From Macrostomum lignano (Eukaryota), in the NCBI GenBank assembly GCA_002269645.1, contig NIVC01000230.1:620001-684000 (forward strand): 64,000 nt of DNA, written 5' to 3'. Below the pieces are notes generated by a model. The model saw nothing but the letters and a program-made list of their open reading frames with translations. It was not told where the DNA came from and did no database searches. A program made the translations under genes and the position numbers. Positions 38,565 to 51,535 of this stretch are shown piece by piece. How positions within the stretch are numbered: position 1 is the stretch's first letter; each line of letters starts with the position of its first letter.

Positions 38565-39859
38565 CTAAAATATTTTTCATAACTGTACAGTCGTGCAGAC
38601 TGTCTCCTCTGTTAGTTGCCTGTCTGCCCAGCCAAGCATAGCAGAGTCGCTTTGCGTTACGGCTATAAATAGCAGCATTTGGGGGCTGACTGGGATTAAC
38701 AGAGAAGGCCACACGTACCTGTAGATTCCAATTGGCCCGTTCGTGCTTGATCTGCTTTGGCAATCGCAGCAATAATACAGTAGTAATAGCAAGGCAAATA
38801 TCTTTTCTAATCGTTGTACGTGCAGCATGGATATAATACGATAGCTTAAAAGCTGTGAATTAATCCACCCTGATGGATAATGCTTCGCATAACTTGCTTT
38901 TTTTGAATAGCAAATACTCTCTTGTCCACTGTCCAATGTTCTGTCAATCGTGTTCTTTTTGTTTAAACTCGTGGCGATTTCAAATTTCTGAACTGTGACC
39001 AGTTTAATCGGATGTTCAATTTTGATTAGCTACTCAGCGTTGTGAGTTTCTTTTTTTCTGAAAGCAACTCGCTTTAGGCTCCATTGTACACTATTAGCGT
39101 ACCTGTGCGTTAGACATTGCTTGCCAACATTGATTCCAAAATTTTCATTTTAAAATAAAAATGGAATATTATTTGCAACTAAATCGATAGCAGAGGGCAC
39201 TGACGCGGCAAGACAGACACGCGAGTAGAGCATGTTTTATTTTCTATCAATTTAAGTGTAAAGTTAATTACAAAAAATTACAACTTATATTACTCCTTAA
39301 GCGAAATATCAATTGAAACGGTCGAGTTACTCGTAGAACAAATAAATTCGAATCGGCGTACAAAAGACGACGAACTAACAAATAAAATATTAAAATTTGA
39401 AAGGGTTTCCGCCAATGACAGAATAGTACGCTCGTATAAAAAAGCACAGAAACAGGACTTATCTCGAGCAACTAAGCAACGAGATAGCTTATCTCGTTGC
39501 TTATCTCGTTGGAAAGGTAAATACTTTCTTCAAAATTGTTAAACACAACCCAAAGCAACATCAGTTCTTTAGAGACCGGATTAAAGAGACCTCACATCAG
39601 AACGTCACATTTATACGAGACGAAGACAAAGCACAAGGCGTCTGGATTTTTCTTCTTTAGACAAGACAGTGATGGATTTCAAGATCTGAGCAATCACATG
39701 CTGAACAAACAAATGAATTGACGAACAGCTTTACTTATAACAAAAAGCACTTTAGACAGAAACTCAGAGCGGACTGTAGCTAAAATTTGCGAGCTTATTT
39801 GTCTGCATAGATGCGCAAATTGGAAAAAATATTGCAAGTCCAGCTTCTTAATTCGAGCA

Positions 39860-40165
<306 letters not shown>

Positions 40166-40869
40166 CAGTTGAGACAGACAGTCTGTGTGATGCCTATGAG
40201 GCATGTGACATGCACCTAGGTAACGTCATATTTCTGTTAGATATCAACCAGGCCGGCGTACTTTATGAATTAAGGGGTTTCAGAAATTCCCCAGTATATC
40301 AGAGCCAGCAGCGCAAACAGGTTGTGTGCCCTGCCTGACGATAAGAGAGTCGGGACAAGAGTCGGTGCCTGCGTGCTTCTTCATTTTCGGGTTCATCAAA
40401 TATCCCTGTGGCTATGGCTACTCAAAGAGAAACTCGACGCCTTTTTTGATGGTGCTCTCTCGGGCATGGCTACAAAATTTGTGCCTATTGTGATCAAAAA
40501 TAAATTCATCAGAAGTTAGTCGGTAGCTTCAATTTGTGTGCTCTCTTTGATGAAAAAATATATCGATAGAGTTGTAATTCGAGATATTTCCATCCTAAGT
40601 AGAAAATTTCCTGTGCCTCAGCGTCTGTAGGATGGAATAACACTCGCCTTAGTTACGGATGTTACGACGGTGACCATGGGAATACCCCCAGTCCTTACTT
40701 CTCCCGAACTCCTGTCTCAGCCGCAAAAAGTTTAATCTGTTTTCTAAGACTATTTTCTACATCTGATTGTGCAACACTGGAGCAATAATTTTCTCCAGAC
40801 TCTCCTGAACCTGCAGGGTTAAGAGGGCGCAGATCTCCACTCCAGTTTTGAAGCTGCCCGCCCAACCAA

Positions 40870-41507
40870 TCAAATGACGCCCCTGTCCAGCAAGTCCTGC
40901 ACATCATCGCACAGGCTGTCGAGCTGCGCGGCAATCGGCGATTCGGAGTCGAACATGTCGCGCAGCAGGCGCGGATCCCGGAAAAACTTCGAGCAGTTGC
41001 GCACCGTCTGCGCCGACTTCTCGCTGAGATGCCGCCGGATGAGGCGCAGCACGAGCTGCTCACAGTCGCCCAGCTGGCCCAGCAGCTCCCCCTGGTTGAC
41101 GGGCGTCTGGCGCTTCTGCATCCGCACCAGAGCCGTCGCCAAGTCGTTGAATTTGTCGCGAAACTCGTCGGCCATCGCCATCTCCTCGTTGTTGAACGCG
41201 TCGTTTAAATACAGGACACCGATTTTCAAATTGATCTTGATGATCTGCTTCATCAGCTTCTGGGCTGCCTGCCTGGACTGGGTGTGAGTCTTCACGATTT
41301 TGTACATCTTGTCAAACACCCGAGCCGACGGTGCGTCGAGGAAGATTTTAATGGCCTTCTTAGAGGCCAGCTGACTTGCGATTTTCTTCTGAGCGCGCAG
41401 ACTGAAAGTCGGCGTACTGAATGTGTCATCGCCGTCCAAAGTTGATCCAGCGACTGACGGCGAGGCCGATGCAGGGCCGCCCACTGCGCCATGCTCTGAC
41501 GATGCGC
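40870..41507 (-). CDS. TNFAIP8: TNFAIP8/TIPE-family protein, main exon
   Basis: Family motifs FSLRAQKKIASQLASK, KLMKQIIKINLKIGVLY, LIRRHLSEKS and C-terminal LLDRGVI*. Acceptor tttgcAG|GC at 41508/41507, phase 1. Confidence 0.92.
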
Positions 41508-42072
41508 CTGCAAATTTGCAGAAAGTAAGCACTAAAACATTCAATCTGTAGATTGTGCATGCTGGTCTTGCGCTCCTTTCACCGATCTATTTGTCCCTCC
41601 TTTTTCTACATTCACAGACTTGTTTTAGCGTTGACATACACCAACATTTTTTACAATTTAGATTTAATAAGAACGTATGGATGTAGGTATTTCACCATTT
41701 ATATGATCGAAATTTGTTCCTTAAGGGTATCAATCAGCGTTCCAATGCTAAGTTTGCCAAGTCAAGAGAATTTTCAGAGTACTAACGCTTAACGAAGTTG
41801 CAATATTATTTGCACAGCCATTAGTGGTAAAGAAAGACTGCATAGATAAGATTAGAACAAGTTAGGATTATAATTATTACCCTGTACAGCTAGCTATCCA
41901 AGTTTGACAGGATTTCTGTCAAAAAAATTCTCAGCACAATTAGTCATTATTATTACGGGTCGAGCTAAAACTAAAACCGAAGTACATCCAACACGTGAGT
42001 CACCACCAGCCGCGCCAGTATATATATTAGATAAAAACGCTTTAAATGCAAATGTGCTTAAGGGGCCGACAC

Positions 42073-42368
42073 GTGTCTAGAGGGACGAACACCTGTGAGA
42101 CAGGTGTCTAGAGGGACGAACACCTGTGAGACAGGTGTCTAGAGGGACGAACACCTGGGAGACAAGTGTCTAGACGGACGAACACCTGGGAGACAAGTGT
42201 CTAGACGGACGAACACCTGCGAGACAAGTGTCTAGACGGACGAACACCTGCGAGACAAGTGTCAAGAGGGACGAACACCTGGGAGACAAGTGTCTAGAGG
42301 GACGGACACCTGGGATACAAGTGTCTAGAGGGACGAACACCTGGGAGACAAGTGTCTAGAGGGACGAG
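42073..42368. repeat. 31-bp tandem repeat (~9.5 copies)
   Basis: Unit GTGTCTAGAGGGACGAACACCTG(G/T)GAGACA(A/G), starts at 42073, 42104, 42135 and so on. Confidence 0.93.
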
Positions 42369-43081
42369 GATGTAGAAGAAATGCGTCTGGAATCGATTTC
42401 CATATACTAAAAATTGTCTGTCTGTGTGTGTGATCGATTTTAGCATTTAACTCTAATGATCCAACGACTTCTATACAAAATTCTGAAGTCAATACTCAAA
42501 TAAGTTTACCTGACGGTCTGTCCTTTTGCATTGCTTTCAGTAAGAAGTTCGGAAGAAGCTCTCAGGAAGCGGAATCTGGGTGCTGTTTTCGAAATATCGA
42601 AGTCTGAATTGAGTTTCGGGAAATTTTTCTGCGTTTTTTATGGAATTTAGTTTATTGTCCAGTCAACGCATACAGGAAGAAGTCTGACCGAACAGCAAGA
42701 AGAAGATTGAAGAGAAATTTTGAAGACTTCGAGTAATCCTGAGCTTTTATCTGCTATCTGCTCGACTTTCTTAGGATTCGGCTGTGAGGGGGGGTTTAGG
42801 AGAAGAGAGGAAGGGAGAAACGGCAGAAATAGAGGCAGCAGATTAGCGCGCACAGGGCAAGGCTAAAGGAGCTGGGGGGGGGGGGGAAGCCAGTAGGGGT
42901 GGACGGTCGCAGTTGGCGGGGAGAGCAGCAGAGGCAGGAAAGAGAGGCCAGGCAGGTAGGCTGTTGGAGGGAAGGGGAATTGCTTGCTTTAGCCCTGAGG
43001 CAAAATGGAGACAGCACAGGCTGTGAGCACTGGCGCACAACAGACACACACTCACCTGAGCGCCCTGATTCCAATGCTTAC

Positions 43082-43100
43082 CCTGATCGCCTCGCCGCAT
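43082..43100 (-). CDS. Candidate short first coding exon of the TNFAIP8-like gene (MRRGDQ-G)
   Basis: ATG at 43100 followed by donor G|GTAAGC at 43082/43081. Phase 1 matches the 41507 acceptor. A short first exon is typical of the family, but other starts are possible. Confidence 0.45.
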
Positions 43101-43387
43101 GCGAAGAGTTGCTCAGAAACGCAGGCGGCTTACAGGCCCTCCCTCAACACCATGGCCTTTCCTAACCCTTCTCCGTGCCGATCTTTTCCTCTCCCCCTCT
43201 CTGTCTCCCCCTTGTGCGCTTCCTGTTCGACTCTGCGACAAGCTTCTTCTTTCTGGATGCGCGAATTGCACTGAATTTTCTAAATTTACCCTGCAAAAGG
43301 CATTTTTATTAAAACCCGTCAGTATGAATAAATTATTAAAACTGGTAATTCAGTTTGCGAATTCTGCGTACAATACAATCAGTGTAC

Positions 43388-43830
43388 AGTCCTCAACATA
43401 CTGCTCTTCTCTCTCTCTCTCTCTCTCTACCTCTATTCGCTCTCCCCTACCGGTCTCCTCTCTCCTCTAACTCTACCGCTCTCCTCTACCTCTACCGCTC
43501 TCCTCTCTACCTCTACCGCTCTCCTCTCTACCTCTACCGCTCTCTTCTCTACCTCTACCGCTCTCCTCTCTACCTCTACCGCTCTCCTCTAACTCTACCG
43601 CTCTCCTCTACCTCTACCGCTCTCCTCTCTACCTCTACCTCTACCGCGCTCTTCTCTACCTCTACCGCTCTCCTCTCTACCTCTACCTCTACCGCTCTCT
43701 TCTCTACCTCTACCGCTCTCCTCTCTACCTCTACCGCTCTCTTCTCTACCTCTACCGCTCTCCTCTCTACCTCTACCGCTCTCCTCTAACTCTACCGCTC
43801 TTCTCTACCTCTACCGCTCTCTCCTCTCCT
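43388..43830. repeat. Polypyrimidine ~21-22-bp minisatellite (CTCTACCGCTCTCCTCTCTAC)
   Basis: Directly visible tandem units. Confidence 0.9.
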
Positions 43831-44017
43831 TGTACCGCTCTCCTCCATATTGTTCAACTTCTTACTGTGTACTAAAGAATGAAATATGAAATACTTGGGG
43901 AGATTCGTAAGCTCTCACGTGAAACGATTCTATTGAAAAGTTATTTACAATTATATCCATTCAATATCAGAATATTATAATGAGCAGTAAAAAAGAGCGT
44001 TTTGACTGTAAACAAGT

Positions 44018-44563
44018 TCAATTGAACTGCAAAGTCAATTGCACAGACAGCCAGTTGGACTCGCAGCATGCCGTTAAATCATTCAAATTAACGACCTCGA
44101 CGCCTCGACTCATCACGGAGCAGTCGTTTTGATTTATTGGCTCCCGATCGAACACGATTTTCTCGCTAATGAAAGACGTCATCGGCTGCGAGTCGACGCT
44201 GACGCCTGTCGTCCAGCTGGCCAGCAGCGGGCGGTGGATCGGCGTCCCATTCGACGAGAGCAGCACGAGAAACGCCCGGACTTGAGGCTCCGACGATGAA
44301 GATGCGACGCAGCGTAGCCGCAACCGCATTGTCAGTCCGGAAAATTTGAAAGCCTCCGATTTGTAATCGAAGCTGGAGCGTTTTCTCAGTAGCTCGTCAG
44401 TGCTCACCTGCACCGATTGTGTGCAGGTGATAGTTGCAGAACAGGCGTCGTTGCCGGAGATCACTTCGACCACAGCTCCGTCTGTTCGATCTTGATCACT
44501 GTTGCATGTCACTGGTCTCGCCATTTTCTGCAGGGTCGCGCAATTGAAGATGAGTGCTTGGAA
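44018..44563 (-). CDS. MATH/TRAF-like domain exon (terminal exon; parent gene unresolved)
   Basis: Motif order YKSEAFKFSGLTMRLRLR, VRAFLVLL, PLLASWTTGV, SRGVEVVNLNDL, NWLSVQLTL matches a MATH beta-sandwich by eye. Strong acceptor ctcttttcttAG|TTC at 44564/44563 is in frame, phase 0. ATG at 44524 is an alternative start. Confidence 0.6.
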   Translation of the reverse strand, partial: FQALIFNCATLQKMARPVTCNSDQDRTDGAVVEVISGNDACSATITCTQSVQVSTDELLRKRSSFDYKSEAFKFSGLTMRLRLRCVASSSSEPQVRAFLVLLSSNGTPIHRPLLASWTTGVSVDSQPMTSFISEKIVFDREPINQNDCSVMSRGVEVVNLNDLTACCESNWLSVQLTLQFN

Positions 44564-45806
44564 CTAAGAAAAGAGTTCCAAGCTTGACATAAAACCAGTT
44601 GCAAGGTTTTCCACCGAAATTCCCGTGGGTTAGCCACAACTAACTTTACGGGCTTTCCACGGAATTACCGTGGCAGGACAAGCTTCATTCAGCCAAGGTA
44701 CACTACACAACCGATTCTAAAAATAGACTAAGATGGCTAAGGCTTGAAAAAAAGAAAGAAGCAGAAAGACTGCTGAATAGAGCTAGTGCAACAAATATGC
44801 TGTGCGTGTGCGTTTGTCACGAAGACTGGTTTAGCTAGCTAGTACGAGCGTCACAGCGATAGCTCAGAGTCTCCATCAGGATTCAAGTGACCTGCTCAGA
44901 TAGTTTATTTAGATTGTCATTGGTTAGATGAAGCAAATATTTCAACGGTACGAGTACATAAAACGCATAATTCCACAGTTACACAAAAGAGTATTTACTA
45001 TATGGAATAGAATGCATTGTTGATGATTTGATTTGAGAGCCCTTTATACTGTTCTAATATTATCTCCTCTTCCCATTACTTTCCCTATGTTTGCCTAACT
45101 ATCCAGGCCCTATTTTCTCTCGATGACTCATCGGATGACTCATCCCTACGCCTATCCCATATTATTCGCCAAATCGCGTTACGGCTATGCAGGCGACGTT
45201 ACAAAGTTGGTTGGCAGTTCAAGGTCCTGTGCATCACGAGTCACGCGCATGGAGCGTGATTAAATTTCTACATTAAGAAGCTATTTTTTGCCGCTATTTG
45301 AATAGCTTTTATTCCTTCTCCATCTGATTTTAACGCTGTCTCATTTTAGAATTAAAACCCTGGGGAATTAACGAATAGCAACGCTCTGAGGATACCGCGT
45401 TCTGGGTCAAAAGAGTTCATCTAAGCACAGATCGAGCCTTAGATTCTCAGGTGTACTTTTACGCAGGTAACTGGTGGCGAGCAAGGACTACTACAGCGTA
45501 ATCTTCTAGTGGTCCTTGTGGCGGCCAGGCCTTTGGTGTGTACCTATAAAACATCCTGGAGCTGCTAGTTAAGTTCGAAGGGCTTTGAGCTACCAAATAT
45601 CAAACGAGGGAAACAGTTCAAGAGAGTGGGGCCTGGAAGTAATGCTTTTCGGCGACAGAGCCCCGGAGTTGGTACGCACGAGTCGCACGATCAAGTTACA
45701 TCATAATCCCTTTCTACACTTGTACACTAAACATACAAGCTAAGTATTGGAACCTAGACCTCCTTAATCTTTGAAAGTGTAAAAATACGCTCGCACTGCT
45801 CATTAT

Positions 45807-46108
45807 TCATTGAGACTCAAAGCAGGTCTGCGCTAGTCTTGCCAGCTCATTCGAGTCCGAAGTGTACCGCAACACCCGAACTTGAGGCGCCACCGATGCT
45901 ATGGAGAATCGAACCGCCGCCGCAGCGGGTACAGCGCTGTCGCTATGGTAACCAAGGTGCAGAAATCTGTGCACAGCCAGAGTGGCATTGGTGAGCCAGC
46001 GGTGCAGGCTCTGACTGAAGCCGGTCTTCTGCAGGCTGCGACAGGCCGACAGCTGCAGTTGAATCTGGCGTTGCAGCCGTCTGTGAGCGGACATGCGGAT
46101 CCAGCGCT
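45807..46108 (-). CDS. GT32 glycosyltransferase exon 4
   Basis: Acceptor ttttgcAG|AG at 46109/46108, phase 1 matching exon 3. Contains LAVHRFLHLGY, a GT32-like C-terminal His motif. Confidence 0.65.
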
Positions 46109-46379
46109 CTGCAAAATTGGCGTTACACGTCGGGAATGAGCGAAACACCGGTAAAAATGAGAGCCTTAGATTAAAGTTACTGCATATGAAGTCTTTACAT
46201 GAAAGATCAAGCCATGCAAGCGAGGTGTGATGAAAGTTTCTGAGCTATTCTAGGCAGGAACTCTGATTAATTTCCCTTAATCCTTCTCAGCAATACCCCT
46301 TATGCCTTCTGAGAAAAAATATGAACAATACCCCTTGAGAAATCTAAGCAATCCCTTGATTCCACCCGAAGGCTTCCAC

Positions 46380-46580
46380 TGAACCAGATTAGCAATTCCC
46401 CTGAGCCACTTGAGCAATTCCCCCTGAGCCACCGACAAATTCCCCATGAGCTACCTAACAGACCCCCCGGGCTACCTAAACCCCCTGAGCTACCTGACAA
46501 ATTCCCCTTGAGCTACCTGACAAATTCCCCTTGAGCTACCTGACAAATTCCCCCTGAGCCACCTGACAAATTCCCTCCAG
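46380..46580. repeat. ~23-bp minisatellite (CAAATTCCCCTTGAGCTACCTGA)
   Basis: Tandem units in GT32 intron 3. Confidence 0.8.
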
Positions 46581-46959
46581 TGAGTTCCATGCACCGGATT
46601 AATAGGAGTAAAGCGAAGCGCCGCCCACAGGTAGGCGGATAAATAGAAGAAGGAAATCGAGGATTTGGATTTCACATCCCGCTCCACAATCTACCTGCTG
46701 AATATTCTTATAACTGGGATCTAAAAGCTGCTTAAGATTAAATTAAGCTTATCTCCGGGTATTAATTTTCGCGCTCAGAGATTCGTGTAAAAGATAAAGG
46801 TGAAAAATTCCAATTTATAGATGCTGGCAAAGAATAGCCTTGTATTTTTCGCACCAAAATCACGCTATTGAATTGCAGTTTAGTTTTAAAAGCAGGCCTC
46901 GAATCAACTTGGGCATTCCAAAAGTAGAGTTTCTATTAAATGCTATAGATACTACTTAC

Positions 46960-47121
46960 TGCAGTTCTGAGCCATTTTTTTCGGCTGATCAATGAGCGGC
47001 GAGCAGATCTCAGGTGACAGAGCTCTCAGGCCTTTACGCCTCTCTGGTGACTGCTTACGAACAAAGTTTCTGAACAGCTTGGTTAGGAATAGGGGTCCGG
47101 TGGATCTCAGTATGTCGGTGA
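46960..47121 (-). CDS. GT32 glycosyltransferase exon 3 (not in the supplied ORF track)
   Basis: Acceptor caatttcAG|TC and donor A|GTAAGT, phase 1 at both ends, 162 nt. Translates TDILRSTGPLFLTKLF..., containing the conserved GT32 TGP motif. Confidence 0.85.
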
Positions 47122-48459
47122 CTGAAATTGCAACGAGAAGTTTAACGAGCTTGTAAAACTAAGGTTTAAAGGAACTCATGTCATGTATAGTCAATCAAGA
47201 GGCTGATTCCGTTAAGAATCCAGCACAACCGAGAGAGCGAAACTTGACTGACAAAAACTACGATGCCTAAACGTCCAAATTGTTAAATCAGATTTCATTT
47301 TCTTTTGATGTTAACTCGCGGCATTTATATATATCCACAATTGTACATTTAGGTAGCTGAAAGCAGTAGAGCTGTGTTAGTAGATTTCTTATATTTCTAG
47401 CTGTGACGGCAGCTGAGTTTTTACAAAAATAACTGGCCCGTTCTCTAGGTAAAGTGCATCAGTTTTTTGAGACAGAGTTAAGGCTACTCATAGCACTTGA
47501 TTGACTAGCCAGAGAAAGGCAAAAATAATGCAAAAGCCGGACAGAAAGCTAAAGAGAGCAGCCATTAGCATAAGCAGGGACAGCCGAAGTGGAAAGACAT
47601 TATAACGCTCTCGAATCGTTCGATTTTCACTAAAGACCAGCATTTACTGTCATCTGCTTTAGTAAGATACGATGTTTTCCGCTTTTTCTCCAGCACCAAT
47701 TTAACCATATCTTATATCTTGATTATTCGAATTAAAAATTGAGCAAGAATATGCTTCTTTCAGAGAATGCTTCATAGTTGTAATCCGCAGAAATGTTACA
47801 GGAACATGTAGAATTTAGAAATGATACATGAGACCGGCAGACAAGAGATTCATGTCCCTGGTGCTGAAGCCCCTGGTGCTAAAGCCCCTGGTGCTAAAGC
47901 CCCTGGTGCTAAAGCCCCTTTTGGTACCTCAGTTGATCTTGGATCTTTTTCTAGACGGGGTTTTCTCGATTGCAGAGTTGCGTCTATGATAGTGAATAAA
48001 ATGAGCTATTCTACGACTCAATCTCATTAGAATATATTTCTAAAGCTTCAGAGCAAATGATGAGCAATTAGTTAAGCAATTGAACAATTGAACAATTGAA
48101 GGAGAAATGGAACTGACTTTTTCTACTTTACTTTACTTACTGTACAGGACAGGCTCAGAAACGTACTCTTACGTTTGCTTCGACATGTCCAGAAAATAAG
48201 AACAGGTTTTCAATAGTGTTAGAAACTGATCAAAGTAATAAAAACCTTTACAAAACCTGAACTGGTTTTGACGCCCCATTTATGTTGCTTGGTTACAGGT
48301 ATAATATGCAACTGGACGCACAGCGTGATTTCAAATATTTTTGTTTTTCTTGTTCTTGAAATTATTTATAGACCTGAAGAACGATTATCACTTGTCTTTT
48401 TGAATATTTAATGTGTTTCTATTTATTCATAAATGAATGTTTCATTTGTTGTAAACAAA

Positions 48460-48570
48460 GGGGTTGTAAGCCTAGAGGTTAGAGCGTCGGACTCAGGACT
48501 GAAAGTTCGTGGGCTTGATTCTCGACCTACTCGAAACAATTTGTGTCCAAGAACCACTAGGAACGCGTCA
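48460..48570 (+). mobile_element. tRNA-derived SINE head (degenerate)
   Basis: A-box-like TAAGCCTAGAGGTTAGAGCGTCGGACTC, a degenerate B-box, then GTGTCCAAGAACCACT-type SINE body. No valid acceptor stem. Confidence 0.45.
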
Positions 48571-48854
48571 TCTAGTATAGTCTAGTTGTAATTCTGCATT
48601 GCTTTAGTTCCCCCAGCTGTAAAATGGGTGCCAGCACTAGCTGAGGTAATTGAGGGTGTGTGTGGCGATCCCCAGTCCGTGGACTGATGTGCAGAACATG
48701 ATGTGCCTGATGTGCCTTCCCTTCAAATGCGCCGCGCAACAGCTGCAGCTGAGCTGTCGGTTGCACCTCCACATCTGCCTACATGTACTCGTACATCTGC
48801 CCAAAAGAAAGCGCATTTATACATGTACAGTTAACCTGATCATCCATAACTCAC

Positions 48855-49061
48855 GGCGTCTCGAGTCGTGCAGATTTTGAATGAGCACCCGCATGAAGGG
48901 GTGCCGCCGGCTGCAGCCCATCACCGAGTTCATTATAGAGTTAGTCTGGCTGTGCAGAATCTGGCTCTGCTCAACTCGCTCCTGATCGAAGAAGCAAGTC
49001 TCATTAATGGCCAGACCGGTGAACGGTTTCAAGCACTGGACATCCATGTCCGCGTAGATTC
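48855..49061 (-). CDS. GT32 glycosyltransferase exon 2 (DXD motif)
   Basis: Acceptor ctctggcAG|GA, phase 1. The join with exon 1 gives HYGG-IYADMDVQCLKPF. Also contains NSVMGCSRRHPF. Donor C|GTGAGT at 48855/48854. Confidence 0.88.
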
Positions 49062-49589
49062 CTGCCAGAGCCATGCATTGGTTGGACGAGATATACTCGT
49101 TCATTGAGAGGCATCGTTAATGACTGAGAACGTATGTAAGAACTCGATAAATTGCTACACGGGATAGCAAACTACGCTCGTAGTTGCAACAAAAACAACA
49201 ACAGAATACGCAGTTAGCGTCACAGGGCGCGCTTCAAGGCCAGATCGCGAATGAACGCCATGCCGTCGGCCAAAACTGGGGCGCCGGCGTCAGCCAGCAG
49301 GCAGTCGACAAAACGCCGAGTGCGCGCCTGCCCCCGCCGGTAGGGTGCCTACACCTCGCGCCCTGGTGCTAAAGCCCCTGGTGCTAAAGCCCCCGGTGCT
49401 AAAGCCCCTGGTGCTAAAGCCCCTGGTGCTAAAGCCCCTTCAAGGGCGCCAGGTAGTTGCAACTGACCCAAGCTTTCAAGCTCGGGGTCCCAACCTCCAT
49501 CTTGTATCCCAAATCCTCTGCTTAACTTGCTCGGCTAGCAACACCTCTAGGAATCCTAATTTGTTCTACTCTAAGTCTATGTCAATTAC

Positions 49590-50061
49590 CTCCATAGTGA
49601 TGCAAAATGAAGTACCGCAGGGCGTCCGATCTTTGCAGTGGTTGTTTGTACCGGCTATACATATCCAGGTACTGGGGGTAGTTGTCCCGCATAAAGGCGG
49701 TCGCATCTGCATCCGTCCACAACACATAGCTGAAGCCGCCCAGCGCAGTATTGATCAGCAGGCAAGGAATCACTGCGAACCGGTACGCTACGGGAATGTC
49801 AGCTGTTGAATAGATCTGGTGCAGCAACGGCGAGATTCGTCCGTCGCAGTTCTTCGAGCGTAGAAGGCTTCGCTTCGATGAATTCTGCATCGACAGGAGA
49901 GTAAGCGAAGTGCTAAGGCGATGCCGTATGGCCTTCTCGACTTCCGCGTCAAGCATGAACTCTGCAGGTATTCGCCGAGACTCGCTGGCTATTTGATCAA
50001 TAATCGACCACGGCTCCAGCATTCTGATCAGTTGGTCCCGTCTTGAAACTTGACGCCATTC

Positions 50062-50100
<39 letters not shown>

Positions 50101-50157
50101 CAGAAGCAGAACAGTCAGTGGCCGGTTCCGGTACAGCCGCACTGACAGAAGTCGCAT
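49590..50157 (-). CDS. GT32 (Gly_transf_sug, OCH1/SUR1-like) glycosyltransferase exon 1, type II membrane protein
   Basis: Poly-Leu signal anchor. Motifs ISPLLHQIY, LWTDADA, QRSDALRYFILHHYGG. Donor G|GTAATT at 49590/49589. The four-exon model gives 412 aa. Confidence 0.9.
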
Positions 50158-51178
50158 TCAACGGTGCGATCGCCCCCTACTAGAGGAGGAAAAATACCAC
50201 GATAGCTAAATGGAAAGCTGCAGTGCAATTGAGATGCTGAGTGTCGAGGGAAAGCGGCTACAGTTCTGCGGTACTTATACCCAAGGCAGCGATAGGCTGA
50301 TGAGGAACAATGAACAGTTGAGTCTGAGCTGAGCTGGGAAGGCTTGGCATTGCAGTGCTGGGGCTAAAGCAGCTCACTCAGTCGCTGGAGTGGAGGCCGA
50401 TGGGTGAGCTGCCTGACAATCGGATGCGCGGAAGCAGACGATCGCTGATTCCACACGAGTTTGTCAGGAGGCCGGGTGGCGCGACTGACAAAATCCAGGG
50501 ATGAAGCCGAAGGAAACTGGGCTGCTGCTAAAAAGTTGAAATTCTCAAGAATAGAACAAGAAATAAATAAGCTGCAGACTATTTATAGTACTTGAGCCTA
50601 AAACTTTTGAATGGTAGGTCAGAATCCTATTATTCTAGAAAGCCTCCGCAGTTGCGAGCGTTACAGCCTTGTTGGAATGAAAACAGCCAAGTGATCTGCA
50701 CTTTTTCTTTTGTTCTATTTTAAGACCTTCAAGACAGTCAGTATTCAAACGTGCTTAAAACATGCTCTGTACTTAGTTAGGTACTTCTAATTAGTTTGGA
50801 GAGTTAGCTAGAATCCTTCCTTAGTCGACAGATGGCTCATTAATTGCAACAGCCATGTGAGGAAGCAACGTTTTCACCAGATAGCGTATTGCGACACGCC
50901 TGTAAGTTGAATTGAACTTCAATACTTTAAAAGCTTCCAAGTGGAAGATATTTCCCATAGTCTTGTCATATAGTTAGATGCTGATGAAAACTTTTAATCA
51001 TTGTATAATTTTTATTCGATCGCTAAGCAGCTCGTGCTTGAGATGAGTTATTCTATGGTAGTGTTCGCCCTCCCGTGCATTGGCATTCAAATTTCAGTGT
51101 CAAGAATGAGATGAAATATCTATACTCAGCCTCAAACGGTTCTTTCGAAGGTCCTTATCGAATTTATCGAAGGTCCAA

Positions 51179-51535
51179 ATGCGCAAATCGGCTGCGGCAA
51201 CCGCGGTGGATGATCCGCTGCGCATTCGCGACATGAAAGTGCCAGCCTCAGTTTACAACACCAGTCGTAGATTAGTAGCAAGTTCAGGTGACTCGGCCGC
51301 TAGTGGCAGCACGCAGAAGCTTCAACTGACGCTCGGCAGAGTCACTGGTGGCAGCGGCAGCCGTGGTGCGCAACTGCGTCGGCGGCGGACTGCCCTGACT
51401 GGGGACGCCGATGTTGGCCGTCGGCTTCGTTCGCTGTCTGCCGAGGAGCGGCGCATCATGGAACGCATTCAACAGGGCGACTCAGCCGGCCGAGCCGACT
51501 CTGGAGGAGACGGGGGCGAGTCAATTGCCTATCAG
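51179..51535 (+). CDS. Uncharacterised protein, exon (first or internal)
   Basis: GC-rich open frame. Donor CAG|GTTTGC, phase 0, matches the 51928 acceptor. Confidence 0.55.

Noticed and set aside
48572-48790. Candidate third exon of the glycosyltransferase
   Set aside because: No GT32 motif in any frame. It contains a SINE/LINE-like CCCATTTTACAGCTGGG motif, and the true TGP exon is at 46960-47121.
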